Position numbers and translations under genes: made by a program. Of a stretch of DNA of 64,000 nt, positions 19,790 through 29,390 are shown in pieces. The first letter of the stretch is position 1; every line of letters starts with the position of its first letter. A model generated the notes under the pieces. That model saw nothing but the letters and a program-made list of their open reading frames with translations, had not been told where the DNA came from and ran no database searches. This stretch comes from an uncultured delta proteobacterium (lineage in GTDB: Bacteria > Desulfobacterota > Desulfobacteria > Desulfobacterales > B30-G6), in assembly GCA_963823335.1 (NCBI GenBank), contig CAWGLD010000001.1:1120001-1184000 (forward strand), in the 5' to 3' direction.

Positions 19790-20755
19790 GTGCTAGCGGA
19801 AGAAATAGAAAAGATCGCCGCGTTGAACGACAAACTGATGCGAACCATCGATATCCGACTGACGACGAGTCGTGATGCACGCAGTCAGGTTCTTAAGGCC
19901 TTCGGCAGGGAGCTGGTCGAAAATGCACCCAAGATACGGATGGTTTTTGAAAAGAACGACGAAACGGAGGCGCTACCCGGACTGCATATCGCCTCATCCA
20001 TTGTATATCATGCCGTCCCCCACGGGACTGAATTGTTGCCGTTTCTCGACATGCTTGCTGACATTTCTGAACAAAAAGGGGAAAACCCGCGGACCGGACC
20101 GGTCCAGGAGCGCCAGCTGCCGGCCAGGCTGAAGTTGTATGTGTCGAGCATGTGTACATTCTGTCCTTCTGTGGTGCGGAAGTTGCTGCCCCTGGCCTTG
20201 CAGAATACAGGCATCCGGCTTGCTGTTATCGATGGCGTTCTCTTTCCTGAAATGGTGGATATTGATCACATCCGATCGGTTCCAACATTGATTCTGGACG
20301 ACCAATTCCGCTGGACCGGTACGGTGGACCTCAAGGAGGTTCTCAATACCATTCAGCGCCGCGATCCGACACAACTGAGTGCGGAGACACTCGCAGCCAT
20401 GATATCTGACGGCAATGCCTATGGACTGTCCGAAATGATGCTGAAGAAGGGATGCATATTCCCAGCATTTATCGATCTGTTGACCCATGAAGTCTTTTCG
20501 ATACGTCTGGGCGCAATGGCCGCGGCCGAAGAGATTGCCGAAAGTCGTATTTCCCTGGCTGTTCAGATGGCAGCACCCCTGGTGCAAAGGTTTGAAGAAC
20601 AGAGTGATGCCGTGAAAGGAGATATTCTCTACATTATAGGCATTACAGGTGATTTCAGGAGTTTTGACTTTCTCGGGAAAATTTCGACCGGAAAATATAC
20701 CAAAGACGTCAAAGAGGCCGCCGCCGAAGCCCTGGAAGAGCTCCGCTCCCGTTAA
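19790..20755 (+). CDS. Thioredoxin-fold (AhpF N-terminal-like) protein with C-terminal HEAT-like helices
   Basis: CTFC motif, RSVPT cis-Pro loop, C-terminal VKEAAAEALEEL. Confidence 0.7.
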   Translation: MLAEEIEKIAALNDKLMRTIDIRLTTSRDARSQVLKAFGRELVENAPKIRMVFEKNDETEALPGLHIASSIVYHAVPHGTELLPFLDMLADISEQKGENPRTGPVQERQLPARLKLYVSSMCTFCPSVVRKLLPLALQNTGIRLAVIDGVLFPEMVDIDHIRSVPTLILDDQFRWTGTVDLKEVLNTIQRRDPTQLSAETLAAMISDGNAYGLSEMMLKKGCIFPAFIDLLTHEVFSIRLGAMAAAEEIAESRISLAVQMAAPLVQRFEEQSDAVKGDILYIIGITGDFRSFDFLGKISTGKYTKDVKEAAAEALEELRSR

Positions 20756-21885
20756 AACTTCAGTGTAGCACCAATGGTATAGCGTGTATCCTTGCTTTTG
20801 TCGGGGTCGTTAAAATCTTTTTCAAGATATCCCAGATAGCAATAGACGTTTTTGTCGAAGTGCAAGCTCATACCAAGGACCCAGCCGGTGTGGCCATCTT
20901 TGCTCTCCCTGCCCTTGTCGGAATCTTTTCGCCGGCCGTATTCATATAATAACGTGACCTTTCCGATTTTGTAGGATGTGCCCAGAAACCACACATCTGC
21001 TCCGGTTGTCTTGTTTTTTTTGAAGGTGTTGTCGTCATCGGCTGTGCTTACATCATCGGTACTGAGCGAAGAGATACCCTCAGCCAGGGAGATCAATCCC
21101 TTGTCGTACTCATACTGGCCAAAAAGCGAGAAGGTATCTGATCCGAGTTTCCCACCGAATTTGACGGCTTCGTCATCCCCGGATTGGCCGTTGTCATAAT
21201 ACTGCATGAATAGGGATACGCTCTGTGACGTGTAGATAATCCCACCGCCGAAACCAGGGTCCGTATTCTCGCTGTTGTCGATTGTGGTAAACAATTGACT
21301 TGTCACACCAGATTTAGATATAGGCGAGTCGTAGCGAAGGGTATTGGTAGCGCGCCCACGTCCTTTGCCTGTGTTGTGGTGCAGCGCGGACTGAATGTCC
21401 ACAAAAAAGCGACTCGAGAGAGCGTCGCTGGAAAAAGGATCCAGCGTATTGCCGGTCTGCATGTAGGGTGTTTCCATGGTGCCGCCTCTGAATAGACCCC
21501 AGTTGCTGTTTATGCCGAGGTATTGATCGTAACTGCTGAGGATTGTATCATCATCGCCTTCAGGCGTATCGATCCGCCATTCTGTCTTGAAAACCGCACT
21601 CATGCCGCTTCCCATCTGGCGGGCACCGCTGATAGAAATATGTGAGATATCGCCTGTCAGGTATTTATCGGAATCTTCATAGGCGGTCGTATTGGTATCT
21701 GTTGTGCGCCAGATATCCTGACAGTCAGCATCGCAGTCTTCCTGATTATAGCTTATTCTCAGGGCACCACCGATATTGAGCATCCAATCACCGGCATTTA
21801 TTTCTGCCGCATGGCATGCAAAAGGGCTAAATAAAACAATGGTGGTCAACCAAAGGATTGCGTTACGTCTCAGAATACGTTTCAT
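20752..21885 (-). CDS. Outer-membrane porin (Gram-negative type)
   Basis: Signal peptide, RATNTLRYDSP motif, C-terminal Phe (GATLKF); start after AGGAGG. Confidence 0.8.
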   Translation of the reverse strand: MKRILRRNAILWLTTIVLFSPFACHAAEINAGDWMLNIGGALRISYNQEDCDADCQDIWRTTDTNTTAYEDSDKYLTGDISHISISGARQMGSGMSAVFKTEWRIDTPEGDDDTILSSYDQYLGINSNWGLFRGGTMETPYMQTGNTLDPFSSDALSSRFFVDIQSALHHNTGKGRGRATNTLRYDSPISKSGVTSQLFTTIDNSENTDPGFGGGIIYTSQSVSLFMQYYDNGQSGDDEAVKFGGKLGSDTFSLFGQYEYDKGLISLAEGISSLSTDDVSTADDDNTFKKNKTTGADVWFLGTSYKIGKVTLLYEYGRRKDSDKGRESKDGHTGWVLGMSLHFDKNVYCYLGYLEKDFNDPDKSKDTRYTIGATLKF

Positions 21886-21914
21886 TTTCCTCCTTTCTCC
21901 TAATTTGATTATAT

Positions 21915-22349
21915 TCAAGTATCAAAAATGACCTTGGTTTCCCATCTGTTGCCTGTTTCATAGACCTTGATCTGATGATATGTTACCGCCTTGATCTCTG
22001 ATATTAACTTGTGCCGCTCAGAGGAAAACAGATCCACCCACAAATGCGCTGTCAGGCTCGTTTCCGTTATTGATTTGATTTGAATCGATTGGACGAAGCT
22101 TTCTTCTCCAGTCCACAGGTACAGTATTTCTCTAAGCCAGTTGACCATGAGGTCCGGCCAGTCTTTTCCTTCTATGAGTATCCTTCTTTCTTCTCGGGCG
22201 AGAAGGTCCGCCGTTTCTACAAGCTGATCCATCAGGGCCAGGGCCGCATTCTGGAAGAGGTCTTTTGCATTGTTTCCAAACACATGAAGACCAAAATCTG
22301 CAGTGTGATCAATCAGTTCATAATAAGGTTTTTGCGCCATGTTTTTCAT
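21915..22349 (-). CDS. Archease (RtcB activator)
   Basis: DHTAD, EIKAVTYH, VIFD signature motifs. Confidence 0.95.
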   Translation of the reverse strand: MKNMAQKPYYELIDHTADFGLHVFGNNAKDLFQNAALALMDQLVETADLLAREERRILIEGKDWPDLMVNWLREILYLWTGEESFVQSIQIKSITETSLTAHLWVDLFSSERHKLISEIKAVTYHQIKVYETGNRWETKVIFDT

Positions 22350-22351
22350 CT

Positions 22352-22460
22352 TCGACCGTAAGGAATTCTGTCTGATTCAGATTCGCTCACTGACCCCGCA
22401 GCATGCGAACCACTGCCGCAAGGCAGAACCTACGGGGAATGCGCCCGCTGTTTCGGTTCA
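22352..22460 (-). repeat. Dispersed palindromic repeat family, copy 1
   Basis: Minus strand TGAACCGAAACAGCGGGCGCATTCCCCGTAG...TGCTGCGGGG...AATCAGACAGAATTCCTTACGGTCG; shares blocks with 37301-37350 and 63230-63306. Confidence 0.7.
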
Positions 22461-24386
22461 AAGAAGAATGGTCCCGGTTTTTTTTGTGCTGTAACCCCCA
22501 AGGGCCTCCACGCGCTTCTTGAACACACCAGAATTGATAATATCCAATAGGATTTGCATCTGCTTCATGTCAATGTAAATCTGGGGTATCACCAGGTCGT
22601 ATTGTTCGGTGACCAGGGGAATAAAATCGAGATCAAGAGCTTTTGCTGCAGCATAAATTCCGAGCCCCACATCCACCGTGCCGCTGAGAACAGCCACCGC
22701 CACCGACATGTGGGTAAACTCTTCTATCTCGTAGCCATTGATCATACCAGCGTCTATTCCGGATTGTTCCAGACGATAATCCAGAAGGATACGGGTTCCG
22801 GAGCCACTCTGCCGATTGATAAACCGGATGTCTTTCCGGCAGATATCTTCGATCCCTCTGATATGTTTGGGATTTCCTTTGGGAACGATAAATCCCTGGT
22901 CTCGGAAAACCAGATTGACCAGCCTGACATCGATATCCGGCAGATATTTTTTCAAGTATCGGACATTATAGGAACCGTCTTCAATATCCAGAAGGTGACA
23001 GCCGGCCATATGGCACACACCCTTCTTGACGGCCATTAAACCTCCCATGCTGCCGACATGGCTGGATGAGAGGGTGAGATTTGATTTTTCGGCTTTGAGC
23101 TGGTCTGCCAGAATATCGAGCGTGTTGTCATGACTGCCCACCGCAACCAGGGTGTTTTGAATCGCGCTGATGGGCCGCAGAAGCTCTGCTGAAACATCGT
23201 CGTTGTCCTTGATGCCCTCCACGTGGCTGGGAACGCGGATGATGCCATCGGCTTCTGTAATACTGGTGATGCATCCGGCCCCTCTCGGCAAGGGTGTGGC
23301 CACGATGCGATCGCCCACAAGACCGAGCTTTACCCGGATAAATTCTTCAAGACCGAGTTTAGAAGCAATCTTTCGGGTGGGTTCCACGGATACGGTCTGT
23401 CGTACTTTCCCGGGTTGTCCCAGAAACTGATCGATCAATGGCTGAACAAACTGTTCAAAAGCAATAATCGCGGAAACAGGGTAACCGGGAATACCAAAAA
23501 TCGGCTTGTGGTTGATATTTCCGACGATAATTGGTTTGCCGGGCATAATCGTTACCCCATGGACCAGGATCTTGCCCAAGGTCTCAATAACATCTTTTGA
23601 ATAATCTTCGGAACCGGCAGAGGATCCACCGACAGTAAGAATGATATCGGCATCAGAATGGGCGGCCAGGCGAACCTTCTCAGTGAGGGTTGCCAGATCA
23701 TCCATCAAAGGCTCATGGCGGACGACAGTGGCTCCGGATTCTGTTGCAAGACCGCCAAGGACATAAGAGTTGGTATCCAGAACCTGGCCGGGTTGGAGTG
23801 CTTTATCTTTCATCTGCTGCCAGTCAACCAGCTCTGAACCGGTGGGGATGATCAAAATTTTCGGCTTTTTTTTGACCGTCACCGAAAAGACGCCACCAGA
23901 CAGCAGGGCCCCGAGACAGTAGGGTGTGATGAGGTGGTTTTGGGGAAATAACAACTCCGTGGCAACGATGTCTTCGCCGATTTTTCGAATGTGCTGCCAG
24001 GGAAAGGCCGGTGAATCGATCTCGAGGGCAAGCTCGTCGATTACATTGATATGCTCAACCATAATGACGGCATCGGTATTGGCCGGAAGAACATGACCGG
24101 TGTTGACCCAGTAAGCATCCTTGCCGATGGCAAGCTGCTTTGGCTGTGCCTCGCTGGAACCGAATGTATCGGATGCTTTAACTGCGATGCCATCCATTGC
24201 GGCCGCATGAAAATGGGGTGCTGACAAACGGGCATGGACAGGCTCCGCCAGAACCCTGCCCACGGCTTCCGTTACGGCGATTGTTTCCATTGCCCATTGA
24301 CCGGTTGTATTGAATTCATTCAGGATGATATCCCTGGCTTCAGCCAGTGTTTTCATCTTGAGATAGACATTTCGTTTTTTGTTCAT
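22458..24386 (-). CDS. moeA: Molybdopterin molybdotransferase MoeA fused to a C-terminal PBP-like domain
   Basis: AAMDGIA, PTGSEL, GGSSAG, MPGKP, PGYPVS; C-terminal GSHD, GSMGGL, NRQSGSGTR. Confidence 0.95.
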   Translation of the reverse strand: MNKKRNVYLKMKTLAEARDIILNEFNTTGQWAMETIAVTEAVGRVLAEPVHARLSAPHFHAAAMDGIAVKASDTFGSSEAQPKQLAIGKDAYWVNTGHVLPANTDAVIMVEHINVIDELALEIDSPAFPWQHIRKIGEDIVATELLFPQNHLITPYCLGALLSGGVFSVTVKKKPKILIIPTGSELVDWQQMKDKALQPGQVLDTNSYVLGGLATESGATVVRHEPLMDDLATLTEKVRLAAHSDADIILTVGGSSAGSEDYSKDVIETLGKILVHGVTIMPGKPIIVGNINHKPIFGIPGYPVSAIIAFEQFVQPLIDQFLGQPGKVRQTVSVEPTRKIASKLGLEEFIRVKLGLVGDRIVATPLPRGAGCITSITEADGIIRVPSHVEGIKDNDDVSAELLRPISAIQNTLVAVGSHDNTLDILADQLKAEKSNLTLSSSHVGSMGGLMAVKKGVCHMAGCHLLDIEDGSYNVRYLKKYLPDIDVRLVNLVFRDQGFIVPKGNPKHIRGIEDICRKDIRFINRQSGSGTRILLDYRLEQSGIDAGMINGYEIEEFTHMSVAVAVLSGTVDVGLGIYAAAKALDLDFIPLVTEQYDLVIPQIYIDMKQMQILLDIINSGVFKKRVEALGGYSTKKTGTILL

Positions 24387-24402
24387 TTCTTCACCAGATT
24401 GA

Positions 24403-25635
24403 TTATATCAGAAGAGCCACCTCGACGATGCTTCCCTTGTCCAGGCCTTCCGTGTTTTTATCGATCCTGACAAGCCCATCCGCTTTTGTCATGGTGTGAA
24501 TCAGCCCTGACTTGCCCAGGACCGGTTCGGCCGACAGGGTGCCATCTTTGTGATGCAGTTTTACGCGGATGTAATCGACGCGACCCTGCTTTGATGACAG
24601 ATTTCTATTCAATCGCGCGTAGCATGACCGTGTATTTCCGTGGGCCGGGTTTTTACCGCCGATATGTTCCAGAAACGGGCGGACCACCACATGAAAAACG
24701 ACCATGGCCGATGTCACATGACCCGGTAGTCCCCAGAAAAGCGTATTGCCGACTTTTGCAAGGATGGTTGGTTTCCCGGGGCTGATTGAAATTCCATGCG
24801 CGAGAATTTCTGCATCCGGTATGGCCCTAAGTACCTCTATGGTGAAATCGCGCATTCCCACTGAACTTCCCCCGGAAATAAAGACCATGTCCGACCGTTG
24901 AATGGCGGTCTGACACATGTCTCGAAGGGCGCCGAAATCATCCTTTACGATACCCATTCGAGCAGGCAGGCCGCCGGCCTGTGTTACCTGACCGGAAAGG
25001 GTAAAAGAATTGATGTCTCGAATTTTGCCGAGGGTAGGTGTTTCGCTGATGGGAAGAATTTCGTCACCCGTGGAAATAATGCTGATGACCGGCTGCTGAT
25101 ACACGGAAACTGTTTCGATCCCAAGGGCTGCAAGAATGCCTATTTCCTGCGGCCGCAACTGCTGTCCTTGGAACAGAATGGTTTCACTGACCCGGATATC
25201 TTCGCCGACTTGAATCATATGTTGTCCCGGTGCCACACTGCGATACACCTCGATGGTGGTATCATCGATAACATCTGTGTGCTCAATCATGACAACGCTG
25301 TCGGCACCCCCGGGTAGCATTCCCCCGGTAGATATTTTGGCGGTTTCGCCCGGCTTGATAGAGAGCGTCGGGTCTTCACCCATGGCAATGGTGCCTACGA
25401 CGTTCAAATATGCAGGGTTTCCTTCAGATGCTCCAAAGGTCGATGCGGCTCTCACGGCATATCCATCCATGATCGCCCGGGGAAAATCCGGCAGGTTGAT
25501 ATCCGATTGGATGTCCGTTCCCAGAATTCGGCCAAGAGCACTGGTCAGAGGGATAGGTTCTTTTTCTACGGGTTGAAAAAGAGATGTCCATCCAAGAACT
25601 GTTTCAAGATCGGTTACCTTAAAAAATTCTTTCAT
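24403..25635 (-). CDS. moeA: Molybdopterin molybdotransferase MoeA (gephyrin-like)
   Basis: MDGYAV, STGDE, SGGSSVG, SPGKP, LPGH. Confidence 0.95.
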   Translation of the reverse strand: MKEFFKVTDLETVLGWTSLFQPVEKEPIPLTSALGRILGTDIQSDINLPDFPRAIMDGYAVRAASTFGASEGNPAYLNVVGTIAMGEDPTLSIKPGETAKISTGGMLPGGADSVVMIEHTDVIDDTTIEVYRSVAPGQHMIQVGEDIRVSETILFQGQQLRPQEIGILAALGIETVSVYQQPVISIISTGDEILPISETPTLGKIRDINSFTLSGQVTQAGGLPARMGIVKDDFGALRDMCQTAIQRSDMVFISGGSSVGMRDFTIEVLRAIPDAEILAHGISISPGKPTILAKVGNTLFWGLPGHVTSAMVVFHVVVRPFLEHIGGKNPAHGNTRSCYARLNRNLSSKQGRVDYIRVKLHHKDGTLSAEPVLGKSGLIHTMTKADGLVRIDKNTEGLDKGSIVEVALLI

Positions 25636-25681
25636 TAATAAATTTTCTCCGAAAATTTATTTAAAGCGTCTTTGCCGCCAT

Positions 25682-25969
25682 TTATGACATCAGGGAGCGG
25701 CCCGCTCCAACCAGCATCCAAACACCTGCGACAACAAAGAAGATACCGGCGCCGATCTTGATATAACTTTCCGGAACGAAACGGCTCAATGTTGAGCCTA
25801 AAACAACCGCGATGAGTGTACTCAGTACCAGCGCCAGGGCTGCGCCGGCAAAGACGGATACTTTTGGATCGCAGTCGGCCGCCAGACAAAATGTAGCCAG
25901 TTGGGTTTTGTCACCCAACTCGGCCAGGAAAACCATACCGAATGTGGTTAAGAAAATTTGAAAATCCAT
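25682..25969 (-). CDS. TMEM165/GDT1 (UPF0016) family protein, single-repeat form
   Basis: FLAELGDKTQLAT motif, 3 TM helices. Confidence 0.9.
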   Translation of the reverse strand: MDFQIFLTTFGMVFLAELGDKTQLATFCLAADCDPKVSVFAGAALALVLSTLIAVVLGSTLSRFVPESYIKIGAGIFFVVAGVWMLVGAGRSLMS

Positions 25970-26050
25970 GGTTTATGCTACCTTTTTTTGTCAACGTCAG
26001 GGATTCTGAACCAAACGAGCGCCAATCTGCCCTGACAATGTAATGAATTC

Positions 26051-26126
26051 TTAGCAGTTAGCTGTAAGCGATAAGCCGTAAGCTTACTGCGGCTAATGGT
26101 TTATTGCTTACGGCTTACCGCTGTTA
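26051..26126. repeat. Inverted array of degenerate heptamers (TAAGCNN)n forming a hairpin
   Basis: TTAGCAG TTAGCTG TAAGCGA TAAGCCG TAAGC ... GCTTACGGCTTACCGCT. Confidence 0.6.
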
Positions 26127-26127
26127 A

Positions 26128-26997
26128 TCACAAGGCCCTCATCCACTCCGGTTTGAGGGCGATTTTCCCGGAGAGGGCCTGGTCGATCTGCTGGAGGGTT
26201 CGTTCCTTATCCTTTGGCATCCGCGCCTTGATGGGAAGATAATTGGAAGCATGGTTCGCATGAAACAGACCCTTGGAGAGATGCGTGTGGGCAATCATCT
26301 GTCGCAATTCCCTGAGCATTTCGTCCGGTTCCAGCAAAGGAAAAATTCCCTTCTCGTGATCGTTGCTGAGCGGCGTTCCCGGTATGAGCATCAAGCTGAG
26401 GGCACCCACGTATTCCGGGTCGATGGCTGATAGGACATTTCCTGTTTCCTGCGCATGCATCATGGATCGTTGCCTGCCCGCCAGGCCAAGCAGAACGGTT
26501 ATGGACAGCTTGATACCCGCTTTGCGGATCTTTTTGCCCATGGCAATCATTTTTTCGGCCGTCGCCCCCTTTCGGACAGCTTTCAGGGTAACGTCATCCC
26601 CTGTTTCCAGGCCCATGTAGGCAATGCCTAATCCATGTTGGTGAAGCTCTGCCAACTCCTCGGACGTTTTCATCTGAATACTTTTGGTGTTGGCATAGAC
26701 ACCGACCCGGGTGACCCAGGGAAGGTTTGTCTCGATTTTTTTCAGAATGTTCACCAGGCGCTTCTGTGGGAGAATGAGCGCATCACCGTCGCACAGAAAA
26801 ACACGTCGTTGCCGACGGCAATATTCTTTTGCAAATTGAATGTCCTGATCGACAATCTCGTCAGACTTGATCTTGAACCTTTCCCCGGCATATGTTCCGC
26901 AAAAAGTACATTTGTTGTGTGAACACCCCACGGTTACCTGCAGCAAAATGCTGTTGGCTTCACTGGGGGGACGGATAATCATTCCTTCATAGTGCAT
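26128..26997 (-). CDS. Radical SAM protein, function unknown
   Basis: RPPSEA..LLQVTVGCSHNKCTFC with CxxxxCxxC cluster motif; ANHASNY. Confidence 0.92.
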   Translation of the reverse strand: MHYEGMIIRPPSEANSILLQVTVGCSHNKCTFCGTYAGERFKIKSDEIVDQDIQFAKEYCRRQRRVFLCDGDALILPQKRLVNILKKIETNLPWVTRVGVYANTKSIQMKTSEELAELHQHGLGIAYMGLETGDDVTLKAVRKGATAEKMIAMGKKIRKAGIKLSITVLLGLAGRQRSMMHAQETGNVLSAIDPEYVGALSLMLIPGTPLSNDHEKGIFPLLEPDEMLRELRQMIAHTHLSKGLFHANHASNYLPIKARMPKDKERTLQQIDQALSGKIALKPEWMRAL

Positions 26998-27167
26998 TGT
27001 GTCAACCTTCTATCAATGGATTTGCCGGTTTTTTTCAATTGTCGCCAACCCAATATCCAGAGCGGTTGTCTTTTTTCACTATGGAGTCGATGCCACAGAT
27101 AGTGAGTTGAAAAAACCGGCAATTGCTGTTAATAATAATTCTGTGCCGGGCAATCGATTGTTCTACA

Positions 27168-27283
27168 AACCGCGTGCTAAGCACGCGGTTCCGAACCGAA
27201 ATGTTCGGAGACGTGCCGTCTCCCAATCATTTTCCTCTTTTCGGAAAAATGAAAGCCGCCCGTTTTACGGGTGGTCGTTTACT
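27168..27283. repeat. Five consecutive hairpins ending in an IS200/IS605-end-like palindrome
   Basis: AACCGCGTGC-TAA-GCACGCGGTT; CCGAAC..GTTCGG; GGAGACG..CGTCTCC; TCATTTTCC..GGAAAAATGA; AAAGCCGCCCGTTTTACGGGTGGTCGTTTACT. Confidence 0.55.
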
Positions 27284-27421
27284 CGTTGACCGCACGATGG
27301 CCGCCACCTTTGACGATGGGAAACCATGCTGCTATTCTAGTTACCTTTACGTTAAATGCAACCGTAAAGTGTCTATTACCTTATTAGCGGTATATTTATC
27401 AATAAAGGATTCCATGTTTTC

Positions 27422-27787
27422 ATGAACAGAGAAATCGAAGAAAAAAGAAAATTTCCGAGACACCGGGTATACACCCAGGCACAGCTGGAAATGTTTGACG
27501 GTTCGTTGCCGGTGTCTGTTATGGAACTGTCGGTCGAGGGGGTCAGGCTTCATTCTGCCAGTTCGGTTTCTCCCGAGACACATGTCGCCATCCGTGTCAA
27601 CGTGGGTAGAGAGATTGTCTTCCACGGACAGGTTGTGTGGGTAATAAATGTATTGACAGCCAAGGGTCATCTATACAAGATGGGCATTCAGACAGATGTT
27701 ATTCTGGACAGGGGCGATGAGATCTTCGGTATTACCGAAAGAGAAATCCTGATACAGGAGATCGTCATTCTCACTAAACGTGAGTAA
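27422..27787 (+). CDS. PilZ-domain protein
   Basis: EKRKFPR (RxxxR) and ELSVEG (D/NxSxxG-like). Confidence 0.8.
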   Translation: MNREIEEKRKFPRHRVYTQAQLEMFDGSLPVSVMELSVEGVRLHSASSVSPETHVAIRVNVGREIVFHGQVVWVINVLTAKGHLYKMGIQTDVILDRGDEIFGITEREILIQEIVILTKRE

Positions 27788-27894
27788 CCAGACCTTGGAC
27801 AACTGCTTCAGACGATGGCGAATTTAAGAAAATGTGCCTCTGCAGCACTTGACTGTCACAGGAATCAGTTTTCACATTAAGGGGTGTTTGTGAA

Positions 27895-28395
27895 ATGAAA
27901 GTAACACTTCTGATGGCATTGACGGCGGATGGCAAGATTGGAAAAGATGCCGCGCATTTTCCAGACTGGTCCGGAAAAGAAGACAAGAAACGCTTTAAGC
28001 AAATTACATTGAAGGCCGGCGTGGTCATCATGGGATCGGCAACCTACGACACCATCGGACGGCCATTGCCCGGTCGTAAAAATATCGTTTTGACCCGCAA
28101 GACCGATAGATGTTCAAACCAGGACAACCTGGTTTTCACGAATCAGAAACCAGTTCAAATCCTGGAGGATCTGACATCGGAAGGTTTTGAGCATGCGATA
28201 TTGATCGGTGGTGCCCAGATCAATTATCTGTTTGCACGGGAGGGTCTTGTCGATGCAATGATTCTGACCTATTGCCCGAAAATATTCGGTACGGGTCTTG
28301 CCGTTTTTTCAGAAGAGATCTTGTTGAATCTCAGTCTGTTATCCGTGGAGAAACTCGACGAAAATGTGGTTTGTGTGCATTACAAGGTACTTTAG
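27895..28395 (+). CDS. Dihydrofolate reductase family protein
   Basis: ALTADGKIG, VIMGSATY, RPLPGRKNIVLTR, IGGAQI. Confidence 0.9.
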   Translation: MKVTLLMALTADGKIGKDAAHFPDWSGKEDKKRFKQITLKAGVVIMGSATYDTIGRPLPGRKNIVLTRKTDRCSNQDNLVFTNQKPVQILEDLTSEGFEHAILIGGAQINYLFAREGLVDAMILTYCPKIFGTGLAVFSEEILLNLSLLSVEKLDENVVCVHYKVL

Positions 28396-28469
28396 CCCGA
28401 AAATTGACTGCAACAGCTTGTAATCCTTTCTTTGCCTGAGCGATAACGTCGTGTCTGGTAAAATCGTTC

Positions 28470-29228
28470 CTATGCTTTCAGTTTGACCATTTCCAAGATC
28501 TTATCCAGGATAATCCCTGCCTTTTCCGTGATGAGGACATCACACATGTCGTCACAAGGTGTTTCGGACAGATTGATAATGGCCAGGACGGCATTGTTCT
28601 GTTTGGCATAGATGGGCATGTGGGCAGCCGGCTGCACCAGCAACGTGGACCCCACCACGATAAAGAGATCACTGTTTTGAGACAGGGTGATGGCCTGATT
28701 GACCTTGTCCATGGGCATGGACTGGCCAAAGGAAATCGTGTCTGGCTTTAAAAAGCCCCCGCAGTCGCAGACCGGCGCAAGCTCGCCGCTGGAAAGCCGC
28801 TTTTGCACTTCCTGGACGGCGGAAACCTTACGGCAGGACATGCAGCGGATCCGCAGTGTGTTGCCATGCAGTTCGATGACGGCGGATTCCGGTATCCCCG
28901 ATGCCTGGTGAAGACCATCGATGTTCTGAGTGACAACGGCTTGTACCAGCCCCATATGATACAGTTCGGCGATGGCCTGATGGCCCTTGTTGGGTGTTGC
29001 CTGTCGTAATCCCTGATAGAGCTCCTGCCAGCGCTGCCAGTATTCCACACGGGCATCTTCCCGGGACATGAATTCGTCGAAATAGACCGGCTTGAACTTG
29101 TCCCAGATACCCCCCTGGCTGCGGTAGTCGGGAATCCCGCTTTCCGTAGAGATGCCGGCACCGGTGAAAATTACGGTATTCCCCCCCTGGAGGATTTTCT
29201 CTACGATTGTGTTGATGCCAGAATTCAT
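28470..29228 (-). CDS. NAD-dependent protein deacylase (sirtuin, CobB-like)
   Basis: TGAGISTESGIPDYR, TQNIDGLHQ, ELHG, zinc ribbon CxxC...CxC. Confidence 0.95.
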   Translation of the reverse strand: MNSGINTIVEKILQGGNTVIFTGAGISTESGIPDYRSQGGIWDKFKPVYFDEFMSREDARVEYWQRWQELYQGLRQATPNKGHQAIAELYHMGLVQAVVTQNIDGLHQASGIPESAVIELHGNTLRIRCMSCRKVSAVQEVQKRLSSGELAPVCDCGGFLKPDTISFGQSMPMDKVNQAITLSQNSDLFIVVGSTLLVQPAAHMPIYAKQNNAVLAIINLSETPCDDMCDVLITEKAGIILDKILEMVKLKA

Positions 29229-29257
29229 TTGTATAAGTCTCCCATTTGAACATATCT

Positions 29258-29390
29258 TAGGGGACGTCCTTGACTAAATTGACTAATTTCTATCTGTCCG
29301 AAAAGTTATCTTTGATCAATATTCAAGTGGTGACATGGTATAGAGTCTGTAATATGCCTAATTAGTCAATTTAGTCAAGGACGTCCCCTA
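29258..29390. repeat. 133-bp element with 31-bp perfect inverted arms (MITE/REPIN-like)
   Basis: TAGGGGACGTCCTTGACTAAATTGACTAATT (29258-29288) and its exact reverse complement (29360-29390). Confidence 0.85.

Noticed and set aside
26006-26022. TGAACCAAACGAGCGC as a fourth copy of the dispersed repeat
   Set aside because: Too short to distinguish from chance without a profile search.
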